Positions 1 to 12,480 of a stretch of DNA of 64,000 bases are shown here, in pieces. The DNA comes from Octopus vulgaris (taxonomy: Eukaryota). A program made the translations under genes and the position numbers. Under the pieces are notes generated by a model. The model ran no database searches and was not told the DNA's origin. It saw only the letters and a program-made list of their open reading frames with translations. The stretch lies in NCBI GenBank assembly GCA_951406725.2, contig OX597834.1, positions 18,848,001-18,912,000 of the forward strand. Direction: 5' to 3'. The first letter of the stretch is position 1. Each line of letters begins with the position of its first letter.

Positions 1-97
1 AACATGTTCCCCTTTCAGATTCACACACTTAGTGCAGCTGTCCTTCAGTTCTTCTAAGCCCTGTAAAAGAACTCAGAAGGTTGGTCCTAAAACCTGT
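1..97 (-). mobile_element. Mariner transposase C-terminal relic (runs off window edge)
   Basis: Minus-strand translation with one frameshift gives RF*DQPSEFF/LQGLEELKDSCTKCVNLKGEHV, resembling the mariner C-terminus (WxKCxxxxGxYxE). Confidence 0.6.
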
Positions 98-1008
98 TTA
101 TGGACGAGAAGTTTGTAAGATAGAACCAGGGCCAGTCTCAGACTGGTTAGTAAGAAAAGGGTTAGAGTTAGGGTGCTGAGTTTGAATCCTGTAATAAACA
201 AAATTTGCATTATACTAACAGAGAAATCGATATCTCTGCTGCTTTGTGTAATTGGGATATCACTTCCTCTGGGATAAAGCATGGGCCATTCTGCCTAATG
301 TGCAAAATGATATTCAAATACAACCAATGTACACAAGAATCTATGATAAAATAGCATGATCATATGAAGTTCATTGAATAGTCCTCAATATCTGGAAAGA
401 ACCTCAGGCACCTCACCCTGGTTATAACATGATAAAATCTAAAGAAATGAACAAATAACATGTAATCCTAATTGATGGAATATTTTTTTTTTTTTATTGA
501 ACTGATATTTTTTTATGAGAGCAAAGCTATTTCTAGAATGTGAGGAAAAGCAATATTCAATAACTAACAGATGCTACCAAAGTAGTATTTAATATATTCT
601 TTCTTTTGAAGACTACCACAAAATTTATTCTGAATTCTTACAATGTATATAAATCAGACATATTGGAAATGGATTATTGAAGCTGGACATGTTGATATTG
701 AAAGAAGAAAGAAAAAAATGATGATTCAAGTTTGGTTTCTACATATGCTGTATTACCATTTAAATTGAAATTATTGAAACCTGAGACAGACAAATGTTAT
801 GCTGTACACTATAATCGTTGAATGTTCTCAAAATAACATATATCACAAGCACTATTTATTTTCCAGCTTAAATATTGGTATAAGGCCAATAATCTTGCAA
901 GAAAAACAGTCGATTTAATTGACTCTAGCACTTGTATTATTCTATGTTCTATTGACCCAGAGAGAAGATTATGGTGGGATTTGAACTCAGAAAATGGAGT
1001 GAAGTAAA

Positions 1009-1351
1009 CAATTGCAGCGTGGAAGGTGTTTGTAAGCCATTTAAGAAACACACAAAAGCCGTTCGATTCACTTCAACATTTAAGTTTAATTTGTCAAAAT
1101 ATTTTCGTCACTTTAAGACCGCGACCTGTTCACTGACAAAAATCCGTGATGCAGCATGGATTTTTGTCAGTGAACAGGTCGCGGATTTTAGCGACGAAAA
1201 TATTTTGACAAATTAAACTTAAATGTTGAAGTGAATCCAACGGCTTTTGTGTGTTTCTTAAATGGCTTACAAACACCTTCCACGCTGCAATTGTTTTCGT
1301 TCCAGCTCACGATCTCAGGTCAAATCACTTGCTATGCGAGTACATCTCCGA
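1009..1351. mobile_element. Fold-back palindromic element (arms about 145 bp, 1006-1296) plus a 55-bp unique tail; Penelope-pseudoLTR-like
   Basis: Near-perfect inverted repeat centred near 1151; 11-bp direct repeat AGTGAAGTAAA at 998-1008 and 1352-1362; partial copies at about 34860-34950 and 52890-53030. Confidence 0.75.
1163..1212 (+). ncRNA. Putative minimal type I hammerhead ribozyme, G3-C8 core variant (mirror copy on minus strand at 1090-1140)
   Basis: TTTGTCA-GTGAACA-G-GTCGC(loop)GCGAC-GAA-AATATT-T-TGACAAA: stem I 7 bp, stem II 5 bp, palindromic stem III. Confidence 0.55.
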
Positions 1352-1403
1352 AGTGAAGTAAATAAATACTATAAGATATTTTGTATGGCACTTTACTAAT
1401 TAT

Positions 1404-1704
1404 GCTGGTGGCATGTGAAACATTCGAGCAAGGTCGTCGCCAGTGCCGCTGGACTGGCTCCTGTGCAGGTGGCACGTAAAAAGCACCATTTGGGCATGGC
1501 CGTTGCCAGTACCATCAAACTGGCCCTCATGCCGGTGGCACGTAAAAACACCCACTACACTCTTGGAGTGGTTGGCGTTAGGAAGGGCATCCAGCTGTAG
1601 AAACTCTGCCAGATCAGATTGGAGTCTGGTTCGCCAGACCTCAGTCAAATCGTCCAACCCATGCTAGCATGGAAAGCGGGCGTTAAATGATGATGATGAT
1701 GATG
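1404..1704 (+). mobile_element. SINE family C, (GAT)n tail
   Basis: GGTGGCACGTAAAAAGCACC internal repeats, GGAGTGGTTGGCGTTAGGAAGGGCATCC block and GAT tail, shared with more than 10 copies in the window. Confidence 0.8.
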
Positions 1705-1724
1705 TTATTACTGTATCTTTAGTA

Positions 1725-1905
1725 CTGATTTCAAATTTTGGCACAAGGCCAGCAAGTTCAGAAAGGGGGTTAAGCCAATTACATTGACCCCAATATTCTA
1801 CTGGTACTTATTTTATCGACCCCGAAAGGATAAAGAGACGGTTAAAAACAGACAAAATGCCACAAAGCATTTTGCCTGGCACAGTAACAACTCTGCCAGT
1901 CACTG
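1725..1905 (-). mobile_element. SINE family A2 (Nin-like central domain), degenerate
   Basis: Shares TTTATCGACCCCGAAAGGAT with family A; distinct CCTTGTGCCAAAATTTGAAA tail. Related copies near 4690-4850, 5590-6160 and 63435-63645. Confidence 0.65.
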
Positions 1906-2113
1906 GCATTATTGCTTCTTTAATGTTAACACTAATACTGATGAGGATGATGGCAGATAATTTTCTGTAAAGTGTTTTCTGTTATTTTCAGAGCAAGCTC
2001 TATTAACTGGCCCTCAGTCAGCTAGGTTGACAAGGGCTCTAGTTGGTCTAATCAACAGAACAGACTGCTCATAAAATTAATGTGCAAGTGGCTGAGCACT
2101 GCACACACACACA

Positions 2114-2305
2114 TACCTATTTCTTTACTACCCACAAGGGGCTAAACACAGAGGGGACAAACAAGAACAGACAACCGGATCAAGTTGATTACATCGGCCC
2201 CAGTGTGCAACTGGTACTTAATTTATCGACCCCGAAAGGATGGAAAGGCAAAGTCGACCTTGGCAGAATTTGAACTCAGAACGTAGCGGCAGATGAAATA
2301 CGGCT
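2114..2305 (-). mobile_element. SINE family A, single 184-nt unit
   Basis: Matches the unit of the arrays at 4967 and 9441. Confidence 0.8.
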
Positions 2306-2676
2306 AGACTTTGTGTGCAAAAACCACACTGAACAGAATTTCAAAAAAAGTCAGTAGACTACCAGACATAGTACTTTGGCTTGATTTCACCTTCTTGGTC
2401 ATTCGAAGTTACATATAAAGTCTATATATATAGAGAGATTTTTCTCCAAGACAGAATTCTGCAGGGAATGTTCTTCATATTCTCGTGTCCGGGAATGTGT
2501 TAAAAGTCAATGTACATATCTTTATTCTGTTTTAATAGTCACTGTTCTGTGTGTTTCTATAACATTAAATTCAGTTTTCTAAGCCTTAGCACACACATGC
2601 AGCCTTCTGGTTTGCCAATCCTCAATCAAACCATCCATCCCATGCCAATATGGAAACTGGACGTTAAACAATGATG

Positions 2677-2709
<33 letters not shown>

Positions 2710-2837
2710 TATAACAAAAAAGGAAAATGTAGGAAAATTTATTGTTGAAAATACACTAAATTTGAAAAACTTGTAATTGTTTTTAAATAAATTTATTGAC
2801 GGAAGGATGACCTCCCTTTGCAAATACCATAAGAGCA

Positions 2838-2946
2838 CAGAAAGTGTGCCTAAAGCCAGCTGGAGACGATGTTCTCCTGGGGCTACAAGCTACAGTAACA
2901 CCCACCCTTAGTGGTTAGCCATATTGAGATGACAAGTATACCTCAC
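2838..2946. repeat. Single arm of the palindromic element at 19136-19346
   Basis: High identity to 19241-19346. Confidence 0.8.
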
Positions 2947-3431
2947 ATACCAAACTAGTTTTAACAATATTTTTTGTTTATCAATGGTAAAAATTTAAAA
3001 TTATGAATTAGAAAAACATGTTTAAAAGATTCAATGTTTACAAGTTTCAATAATATCAAAAATCCTTTAAATGTTCATAGCATTCAATAATATAAAAGAT
3101 GTGGATCATCTTGTTTAAATGTACAAAATTATATGAATTATTATCCAAAACTATAAAGCCACATGTGTTTTTAAAGTTATTTAGAAATTTAGCTTTGTAT
3201 TTAAGTGAACTAAAGGGCAATAATATATGGTAAATAAGTATTTTGTGAATACTTTGAAATGTAAACCTTGTCCCTTTATTATCACATTACGGCATCTGAT
3301 TCTCCAATTTTTCCTTGCGTATCAACACTTCAAAACTGTAAAGCCACTAACACATTTTCAATTCTTTTCAGATTGTTTCAGAAAATATTTGACTCAATCA
3401 TATTCTCTGTGATCCAAATTACATTTCCACT

Positions 3432-3655
3432 ATCCCTAAAACTACAAAGTTTTCCAAAATTGAACAAAGGAAAATTTTTTCACTGAAAGTGGAAGGAATG
3501 AGTAACTGGAATATTGCTGTGATTTGGTGAAGCAGAATGCCAGTGGAGAATTTTCTGAAAGATCCTGATGGCTACAACAAGGTTCATGCTGGTCAATGCC
3601 TCAAGGCTACATCAGAAAGGGATAAAAAGACCTTTGTCAGAAAAAAAAAGTTGCA
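3432..3655 (+). mobile_element. Tc3-like transposase N-terminal (DNA-binding) relic
   Basis: IPKTTKFSKIEQRKIFSLKVEGMSNWNIAVIW*SRMPVENFLKDPDGYNKVHAGQCLKATSERDKKTFVR aligns in register with the Tc3 N-terminus as recalled (YLKDPVSY...KALSVRDERNVIR); one stop. Confidence 0.65.
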
Positions 3656-3707
3656 TTAAATTGCAATCAATACAATAAGTCCCTGGCTGAAATAAATATT
3701 TTATTCA

Positions 3708-4124
3708 GTGTTAAGTAGCTTGTTTACCAACTACATGGCTCCGGGTTCAGTCCCACTGTGTGGCACCTTGGGCAAGTGTCTCCTACTATAGCCTCGGGCC
3801 AACCAAAGCCTTAGAAGTGGATTTGGTAGATGGAAACTGAAAGAAGCCTGTCGTGTATATATATATATAAATATATATATATAAAATGTATATATGTATA
3901 TATATATATGTATGTGTGTGTGTCAGTGTTTGTCTCCCCAACATCGCTTGACAATCAATGCTGGTGTGTTTATGACCCTGTAACTTATCAGCTCAACAAA
4001 ATAGACCGATAGAATAAGTACTAGACATACAAAGAATAAGTCCTGCGGTTGATTTGCACGAGTAAAGGCGGTGTTCCAGCATGGCCGCAGTCAAATTACT
4101 AAAACAAGTAAAAGAGTAAAAGAG
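3708..4124 (+). mobile_element. SINE family B (tRNA head, CORE-like CCTTGGGCAAGT, internal (TA)n(TG)n, AAAGAGT tail)
   Basis: Matches about 20 other copies in the window; slightly 5' truncated. Confidence 0.85.
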
Positions 4125-4814
4125 ATGTGATCAGCGGGAGGCAGAGATCTTTGAAGCAGTGCCCTACACAACCGTTGTCCGGTGGTGGAACCAGTGAAAG
4201 ACTAAAAGGAATTGTGTTTTTCGTTCAATCCTTTAAAATCAATACAATCATTATGTCTTTGATTCTTGTGTGTTGTCATTGACATTCAAATGCACACATA
4301 AAGTACAACGTAAAGGAAACAACACTTGCAGCTCAGTGTTACTCCTCCTCTCCCTCCTCCACTTAATATAGAAGAGGAAGTTTGATAAATGTTGAAACAG
4401 ACGAACTCGCTGACCTTTTTTTTGAATTTTCAACAAACAGAAATTTTACGAGGTAGGGGTTGCGTTTAGGTCACTGGGTACAATAAAGGAAGAAAATTTA
4501 CATTTTATTTATTCGTTTTTGTTTACGAATTCCGGAATGACCTCTAAACGAAAATAATGAAGATAAAATGTAAAACTATCAATCAATCCAAAATTGGCAT
4601 CGGTTACTATGGCACCACAAATAAATTGTTATAATAGGTAATCTTTATATGGATGTCTTGTTAGAATATTGAATACTATGTTATTAGACTGCCGAACAAA
4701 ACGCTTAGCGTAATTTCTTCCGACTCAACATTCTGAGTTCAAATTCCGCCGATGTCGACTTGGCCTTTCATCCTTTCGAGGTGAGCATTGGGATCGATAT
4801 AATCGACTAACATC

Positions 4815-4846
<32 letters not shown>

Positions 4847-4966
4847 CTGCTGGCATCTCATAGAGACACTTCGTGCATAAAAATACACACTTTTAGGCAC
4901 CAAGCGCCGATATGAAAACACCTCTCAAAACTAATAACGCAGTATTCGGTGTTATAACAAGATACC

Positions 4967-5384
4967 TATTTCTTTATTACCCACAAGGGGCTAAACGTAG
5001 AGGGGACAAACAAGGACAGACATAGGTATTAAGTCGATTACATCGACCCCAGTGCGTAACTGGTACTTAATTTATCGACCCCGAAAGGATGAAAGGCAAA
5101 GTCGACCTCGGCGGAATTTGAACTCAGAACGTAACGGCAGACGAAATACCTATTTCTTTATTACCCACAAAGGGCTAAACACAGAGGGGACAAACAAGGA
5201 CAGACATAGGTATTAAGTCGATTACATCGACCCCAGTGCGTAACTGGTACTTAATTTATCGACCCCGAAAGGATGAAAGGCAAAGTCGACCTCGGCGGAA
5301 TTTGAACTCAGAACGTAATTGCAGACGAAATACCGCTAAGCATTTTGCCCGGCGTGCTAACGTTTCTGCCAGCTCGCCGCCTTA
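4967..5384 (-). mobile_element. SINE family A dimer (head + 2 x 184-nt units)
   Basis: A-box/B-box-like head (TGGCAGAAACG, GAGTTCAAATTCC), Nin-like GCCTTTCATCCTTTCGGGGTCGATAAA domain; TSD TATAACAAGATACC at 4953-4966 and 5390-5403. Confidence 0.9.
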
Positions 5385-6299
5385 CCGTATATAACAAGAT
5401 ACCCATGCTCAGTTGGATATAAAGATTACCTTTTCGTATTGACACTCCTTCCGTCACTAATAAAATTATGATATCTGAATTTTATTAAACGTTTAAGGAC
5501 AATAAAATTTTTGCAACCACGAAGGGACTTAACGGGGTTTCACTTTAATTAATGTTCCAGTTTTATATTTCAGAGAAACAGTTATAATGATTGGTTTTAA
5601 GGTACAAGACGAGGAATTTTGGAGGGAAAGAATTTGTCAATATCATCGACCCCCAGTACTTGATTAGTTTTATTTTATTTTATCGATACTCGAGTAATGC
5701 AAAGTAAAGTTGGTCTCAGCTGGATTTGAACTCGGAATATAATAAACCAGAAGACATACCGCAAGACATTTTCTCCGACATCCTAACGATCCTGTCATCA
5801 TCTTCTAACAACAACAATATTTATAATAATATTAATCTGCTCTAATTTTGACACAAGGCTAGCAATTTTTTTTTCCGGGTAGCTTTCGGTAGGGGTGGTA
5901 CTTTTGAGTCTGCGGTAGGCAATGATTTTTTGTTTTTTTTTGTGGGGTCCAGGGGCGGAAAATTGAGGGCCCGCCCCCCGGGCGGCACATAATCTAGCTA
6001 CGCTAGTGGGTAGAATGTTTGTCGATTACATCAGTCCCAGTACTCATTCCGAAAGGATGACAGGCTAAGTCGACCTCGGTGGAATTTGAACTCAGAACGT
6101 AAAGAGTTGGAAGAAATGCCGCCAAACATTTTGTTCGGCGTGTTAACGATTCTACAAGCATGTTTCATCAATATTAATTTGCTACAAAGCATCGGATGAA
6201 AGGGGGCGCATCACAAGATAGGTTACATAAGATGTGAATGGGAATATACATGAAATCGGATGTAGGAAAAAACTGAATGAGTTAAAAAATTAAACTACA

Positions 6300-6680
6300 C
6301 ACAATATTCAAATACACTGATGATACAATCCGGCATCAGGATGTCCAGTTAGGCCCAATAAAAAATCCACACTTCTCTCAACATTTTATCTCCAGCCTAC
6401 AAATGCTTATTAAATATTCCATATACTTCTACCAATTTTGCCTAAATAGCACTTGCCTCTTCACTCACCCTCTTGTCTAAGAGAAACTTCAAAAAGTTAT
6501 TGACGGCCTGATCAAAGAGGAAAGTATGCATTTATCAGGTCCTTTGCTCGCTACACAACCTCTTTCGCCATAGTCACCAGAGAGGAAAATTTCATGCAAA
6601 TGAGGACGGCGAGCCGATCTTTACGGTCTTCATGATCTTCTCGATGGACGTGGCTGATGACCAGATCTGTCCTACAGCGC
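6300..6680 (-). mobile_element. Decayed L1/Tx1-like LINE ORF2 3' end
   Basis: Frameshifted fragments SLVTMAKEVV*RAK, QAVNNFLKF and VKRQVL resemble Tx1-type C-termini as recalled. Confidence 0.4.
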
Positions 6681-6749
6681 AACATCTTAAAATCCCTCCA
6701 CCATGTTATCGTGCAATGATTGTAAATAGTTGCAACATGTTAAATCCTC

Positions 6750-7385
6750 ATCAACCAATTCATCTTTCAAAGAATCAAATTGTGGAATTTGATGGAATTG
6801 GCATTTTGAAATGTTAGTCTTAAACACCACCAGTTTCGAAATGAAGGTAGTGAGTTTTTCTGTTTCTTTGCAATAACTTATTCAAATCATTTAATTTTGT
6901 GAATATATCACAAAGAAAAAAGATATCGCACCTTGCAGTGAAGCGGATAGTGGAGTATCTTCAAAGAAAAAGATATATAAAACAGTTCAACAAAGCGTAA
7001 AACAGTTTCCTTTCGACAGCCACCACACTTCGGTATAGTATAAGAGTTTAGTATGGTCATCATCATTTCTCTGACAGAATTGACGGAAAATTCGATCAGA
7101 CAACTAACTGTAGCACATCATTCAATCAGTGGTTCATATTTTTTGCCACTAAATGCTGTCGGTGTGCCAAGCAATGAACAGTTAGTATCTGGTTGGAAAT
7201 TTCACGCTTTAGGAGAGATGAAAAACCTCTGTATCTTCCCATCATCGAAGGGGCTCCATCAGACGCACAGGCAAGAATATTACTTAGTGGGATATTATGT
7301 TCAAAAAGGAAAGACTTGAGAGTGTGAAAAATAGCTACACCTTTTGAATCAAGCGACAATTTCTCTGTGAACAGCATTTCTTTAT
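6750..7385 (-). mobile_element. hAT (Charlie/Buster, SCAND3/ZBED-like) transposase relic
   Basis: ORF 7126-7377 has ACASDGAPSMMG and the HCLAHRQHL (CxxH) motif; downstream TEVWWLSKG and YLCDIFTKLNDLN with stops and frameshifts. Confidence 0.88.
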
Positions 7386-8372
7386 ATATGCTTATACATA
7401 AGACTTATAAGTGGCGCTCCCATAAAGCGTCGCTCGGGTGGAGCGCTATCAGGCGACGCTACTTGATGGCACATTTCGCAACATCAGCAAAAAAACTCTT
7501 ATGAGCGCCATTTTTTTAGTTTTTGTACTATCTTCTCAGCACACTCAAGTTCATCTCCTTTCAGTTGTTCTAATTGAAAGTCAAAAGTCAGATCTATGTC
7601 ACAAGTCAAGTTTATTTAATTATGACATTTCGTGTGTTATTAAAAAAAAAAAAAAACTCAGAAAGGGCAGAAGGCGCTCTGAGTGTTGGTTATCTATGCA
7701 CCCCCCGTCGCTAAGGGTGTGCACTGTCCCCCCAACTCACTATTCAAAGGTGCATCCTTAGATTTACAGTGATACACTTATTTCGAAACTCCATTTTAGC
7801 ACTATTACAAATTAGGGCCCACCAATGATATTCTGAAGCAAACCCAGACACCAAAATCTGGCGAAGGGCCTGTATCCATGCCTAATGTAATGCGAATTTT
7901 CTGTTTGCACAAATAGTTAACGGCTTATGATGCCAAAGAAATAATAATAATAATAATGATAATAATAATAATAATAATAATAAATAAAAAAAGCCGAATG
8001 ATAACCTCAGTGTGCAGCTCTCGGACAGACAAACGGCAGTTGTGAAACAGCATTGAGGCATCCACTACTCACACCAATGTTTTGCACCAATCTTCGAAGT
8101 TCAAATATCTTAAATATCGATTTTTATTGATTTCTAGCATTGCAGCTCTGCAGATTTCCATGGGAGATATATACAACCAATTGAATTGATGTCCGTATAC
8201 ATATAAGTATTAATTCTATTGATTCGCGAAAGGGTTGGGGTTGAAAGGTAAAATAGACTCGGCTGGGGTTGAACTCAGAACGCCAAGAAACTCAGTCCAG
8301 CGTTCTACTACCTACCATCCGCAGGGATTAATATTATTGACGACATAATCGAGTTAATCTAAACGGTGAATT

Positions 8373-8535
8373 AGGCGCAGGAGTGGCTGTGTGGTAAGTA
8401 GCTTGCTTACCAACCACATGGTTCCGGGTTCAGTCCCACTGCGTGACACCTTGGGCAAGTGTCTTCTACTATAGCCTCGGGCCGACCAAAGCCTTGTGAG
8501 TAGATTTGGTAGACAGAAACTGAAAGAAGCCCGTC

Positions 8536-8591
<56 letters not shown>

Positions 8592-8776
8592 CCAACATCG
8601 CTTGACAACCGATGCTGGTGTGTTTACGTCCCCGTCACTTAGCGGTTCGGCAAAAGAGACCGATAGAATAAGTACTAGGCTTCCAAAGAATAACTCCTGG
8701 GGTCGATTTGCTCGACTAAAGGCAGTGCTCCAGCATGGCGTCAGTAGTCAAATGACTGAAATAAGTAAAAGAGTAA
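8373..8776 (+). mobile_element. SINE family B, full length
   Basis: AGGCGCAGGAGTGGCTGTGTGGTAAG head through AAAAGAGTAA tail. Confidence 0.9.
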
Positions 8777-9440
8777 TCATTAATTTATTGTATCTTTGCG
8801 AAGCAATTAAGACTATAGGAAATTTAAAAATTAGTACATCTCTTCTAACGGGGTAAAAATAATAAAATTTTAAAACAATCTTTTAAAAAATATTAAATTT
8901 TCTATTTGAAATATAACAATATCACTTGTAAAAAAAAAGTAATTTCATATTTCTAAAGTTAAGTTAGATTTGGTTGGTGAAATCAATAGGATATAATATA
9001 TAGAAGCTGGCTATTAGCACAATTACGGTGAACCTACTTAAGCGGTAAAACTAGTGAGTTTGGCAGAAAAGGTTGTGTTTTACAACATTTTTTTACTTCC
9101 GTTTCTTTATATTTTGAGTTCATCATAGATCGATATAATCAGCACCCGCTACTAATGCCATTCTTCGCACGCACGCACACATGCAATTATAAACTTCTTC
9201 CTCCCCCGCACTCATCCGACTCCGGATAACAGTCGCCAAGTGCGAAAATTGCGTTCATTCAAACAGCGTAAGGAATCTCAATGTGGTTGCTTGTTCTGCT
9301 TGAAAATGCAGCGAAATATCCTTCAAATCATGCTCCATCATCTTAAAAACGAAAGAACATAGTATATCTACAACTACATTATCTACTGTCTCAAAGAAAT
9401 GAGATGGTTATAGCTTGAGTGTCTTTGATCATAGGTATGC

Positions 9441-10029
9441 TATTTCTTTATTGCCCACAAGGGGCTAAACACAGAGGGGACAAACAAGGACAGACAAACG
9501 GATTAAGTCGATTACATCGACCCCAGTATGTAACTGGTACTTAATTTATCAACCCCAAAAGGATGAAAGGCAAAGTCGACCTCGGCGGAATTCGAACTCA
9601 GAACGTAACGGCAGACGAAATACCTATTTCTTTACTACCCACAAGGGGCTAAACACAGAGGGTACAAACAAGGACAGACAAACGGATTAAGTCGATTACA
9701 TCGACCCCAGGATGTAACTGGTACTTAATTTATCAACCCCGAAAAGATGAAAGGCAAAGTTGATCTCGGCGGAATTTGAACTCAGAACGTAATTGCAGAC
9801 GAAATACCTATTTCTTTACTACCCACAAGGAGCTAAACACAGAGGGGACAAACAAGAACAGATAAACGGATTAAGTCGATTACATCGACCTCAGTGTGTA
9901 ACTGGTACTTAATTTATCGACCCCGAAAGGGTGAAAGGCAAAGTCGATCTCGGCGGAATTTGAACTCAGAACGTAGCGGCAGACGAAATACCGCTAAGCA
10001 CTTCGCCCGTTTCTGCCAGCTCGCCGCCT
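9441..10029 (-). mobile_element. SINE family A trimer (head + 3 x 184-nt units)
   Basis: Units 9441-9624, 9625-9808 and 9809-9992; 13-bp TSD TCATAGGTATGCT at 9429-9441 and 10029-10041. Confidence 0.9.
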
Positions 10030-11279
10030 CATAGGTATGCTCGGAAGGTCAATCAATAAAAGCCTGCTACACGCTATCTATACTAACTGTCTGATGTTTC
10101 CCATGAATGTCTAAAACCATGAACTTGGGTTTTACTTTTAACACACGACACGGGCCTGTATAAGACTGTTGTAGTGGTTGCTTGACTACGTCATTGCGTA
10201 TGAAAACATGAAGTCCATTTATGAATGTCCGATGGAACAAAAGACTTGATTGATTGTGATCTAGTTACCAAAGGAGGTAATTCCATCATGTATTTTTGCA
10301 ATCGATGAACATAATCTGCTGGATCGAAATTCCGGTTAGCTGCAGTTGTGTTTGTGACCACTGACCAGGTTATGCGAAAGGGGTGCCATAAAGTAGTTCC
10401 GCCGGTGAAAAACCTAGGTCTTCCTTGATAATCGATCGAAGACCCAACCAAACAATTGGTGATGCTTCTAACCAAAAATCTGACTCGGGATAAGCGCGTA
10501 GAGCATTTTTCAATTGACGATGAAAACGCTCTGTCATCCCATTAAACATGGGTTGGTACGCAGTGGTACGGATTCGCTGAGTCCCAGCAAGTTCGAAAGT
10601 TCAGTAAAGAGATTTGATTCAAATTGTCGACCTCTATCAGTAGTTATAGTGACAGGTGTTCTAAAACGTGAAATGCACCCGCCATGAGAACCTTTACAAC
10701 CGTAAGAAATGAAATGCCTTTGAAGGGTATGGCTTCAGACCATCTAGAAAACCGATCTATACAGGTCATCAAATATACATTATCTTGAATTGGTGGCAAG
10801 GGACTCACGATATCCATGTGGATATGTTTAAAACGCGCGTCTGGAATAACAAAAGTGCCTGAAGGTGCCTTAATGTGACGTTGAACTTTAGCTTTCTGGC
10901 ACGATATGCAAGTGCGCGCCCAATTACGAATGTGTTTTTACGTATAGGGCCGCACAAAACGACTTGAAATTTAATTTCGCTGTTGCCGAAAAACCAGGAG
11001 GAGATTAATTATGAAGAACCGAAAAAACCGTTCGTCTATGACTCGTAGGAAAAACCGGCAGAAACATCACACCAAATAGAAGAATCTGTAAACTGTAGTG
11101 GTAGTAGAACGCGAGTCCAACGATCGAAGATGAAAAAATTCATCATCTTGTTACTTCGACGCAATTTGCTGCAAGTCAATTGAATCTGTAATATGTAGGG
11201 CATTAATATGTACACGAGATAAGGCATCAACTGCAAAATTATCTGTGCCCTTGATATACTGCATGAATGTCAACAGTAT

Positions 11280-11450
11280 GGCGCAGGAGTGGCTGTGTGG
11301 TAAGTAGCTTGCTCACCAACAACGTGGTTCCGGGTTCAGTCCCACTGCGTGGCACCTTGGGCAAATGTCTTCTATTATAGCCTCGGGCCGACCAAAGCCT
11401 TGTGAGTGGATTTGGTAGACGGAAACTGAAAGAAGCCTGTCGTGTATATG

Positions 11451-11491
<41 letters not shown>

Positions 11492-11698
11492 TTGTGTCTG
11501 TGTTTGTCCCCCAACATCGCTTGATAACCAATGCTGGTGTGTTTACGTCCCCGTAACCTAGCGGTTCGGCAAAAAGAGACCGATAGAATGAGTACTAGGC
11601 TTACAAAGAATAAGTTCTGGGGTCGATGTGCTCGGCAAAAGGCAGTGCTCTAGCATGGCCGCAGTCAAATGACTGAAACAAGTAAAAGAGTAAAGAGA
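11280..11698 (+). mobile_element. SINE family B inserted in Gypsy pol
   Basis: Full-length copy between the RNase H and integrase regions. Confidence 0.9.
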
Positions 11699-12480
11699 GT
11701 ATATTATGAAATGAAATCTAAATGTCGTGAATCTCGGGGAGAATATTTTTCGACCATACAGCAAAAATCAATGGTAAAAATCGTAAAATGTGGTCCCTCA
11801 AGAAAATGCCGGAAATGTTTAATGGTTAAATAAACAACCAAAGGTTCTCTACTGAAGGTACTGTACCTTAATTCTGCAAGGTTGAGGCGTTTAAAACATA
11901 AGGAAATTGGTTACCATGCATTAAGTACAAACTGTTGCGAAACACCGCCAATTCCCACATCTGACGATAAGGGTGCAACTGGAACGGGGTGAGCCAAAAG
12001 TGTAACTCTTGATAACTTGTCCTTAATATCCTCAAAAGCTTGTAGTCGAGAAGAATTTAATGATCTAGGTTCATTTTTTATTTCTTTCTATTACGTAAAA
12101 ATTCCGTGAGGGGAAAAATTGTCTCAGTACAATGTGGAATAAATCTTTTATAGAAGTTAATCAAATTGAGAAATTCTTGTAACTTTGCTAGAGAAGAAGG
12201 AACTGGTGTATAACGAATAGCATCAAGCTTATCCTGTAATGGACGTATTCCATCTTTATCAATTACATGTCCCAGAAAAGTGATGGAAGAAACACCAAAA
12301 ACACATTTGCTTGCGTTAATTATCCCAACGTATTGTGACACGCGAATAAAAAGCTGTTCTAACTGAAGTAGATGCTCCTTTTCTGTGTAACTGGCTATCA
12401 ATAAGTCATCAATATAAGCGAAAACAAAATCCAGACCACGTGTGACTTCCGTAAATCTCTGAAAAGTGTTAGCAGCCTTA

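Noticed and set aside
98-189. Possible terminal exon IQTQHPNSNPFLTNQSETGPGSILQTSRP* with an NPF motif
   Set aside because: Overlaps the end of the piggyBac-type MITE family seen at 20180-20407 and abuts a mariner relic.
9441-10029. Regular 184-nt repeats as a CRISPR-like array
   Set aside because: No unique spacers; the units are SINE bodies bounded by a TSD, in a eukaryotic context.
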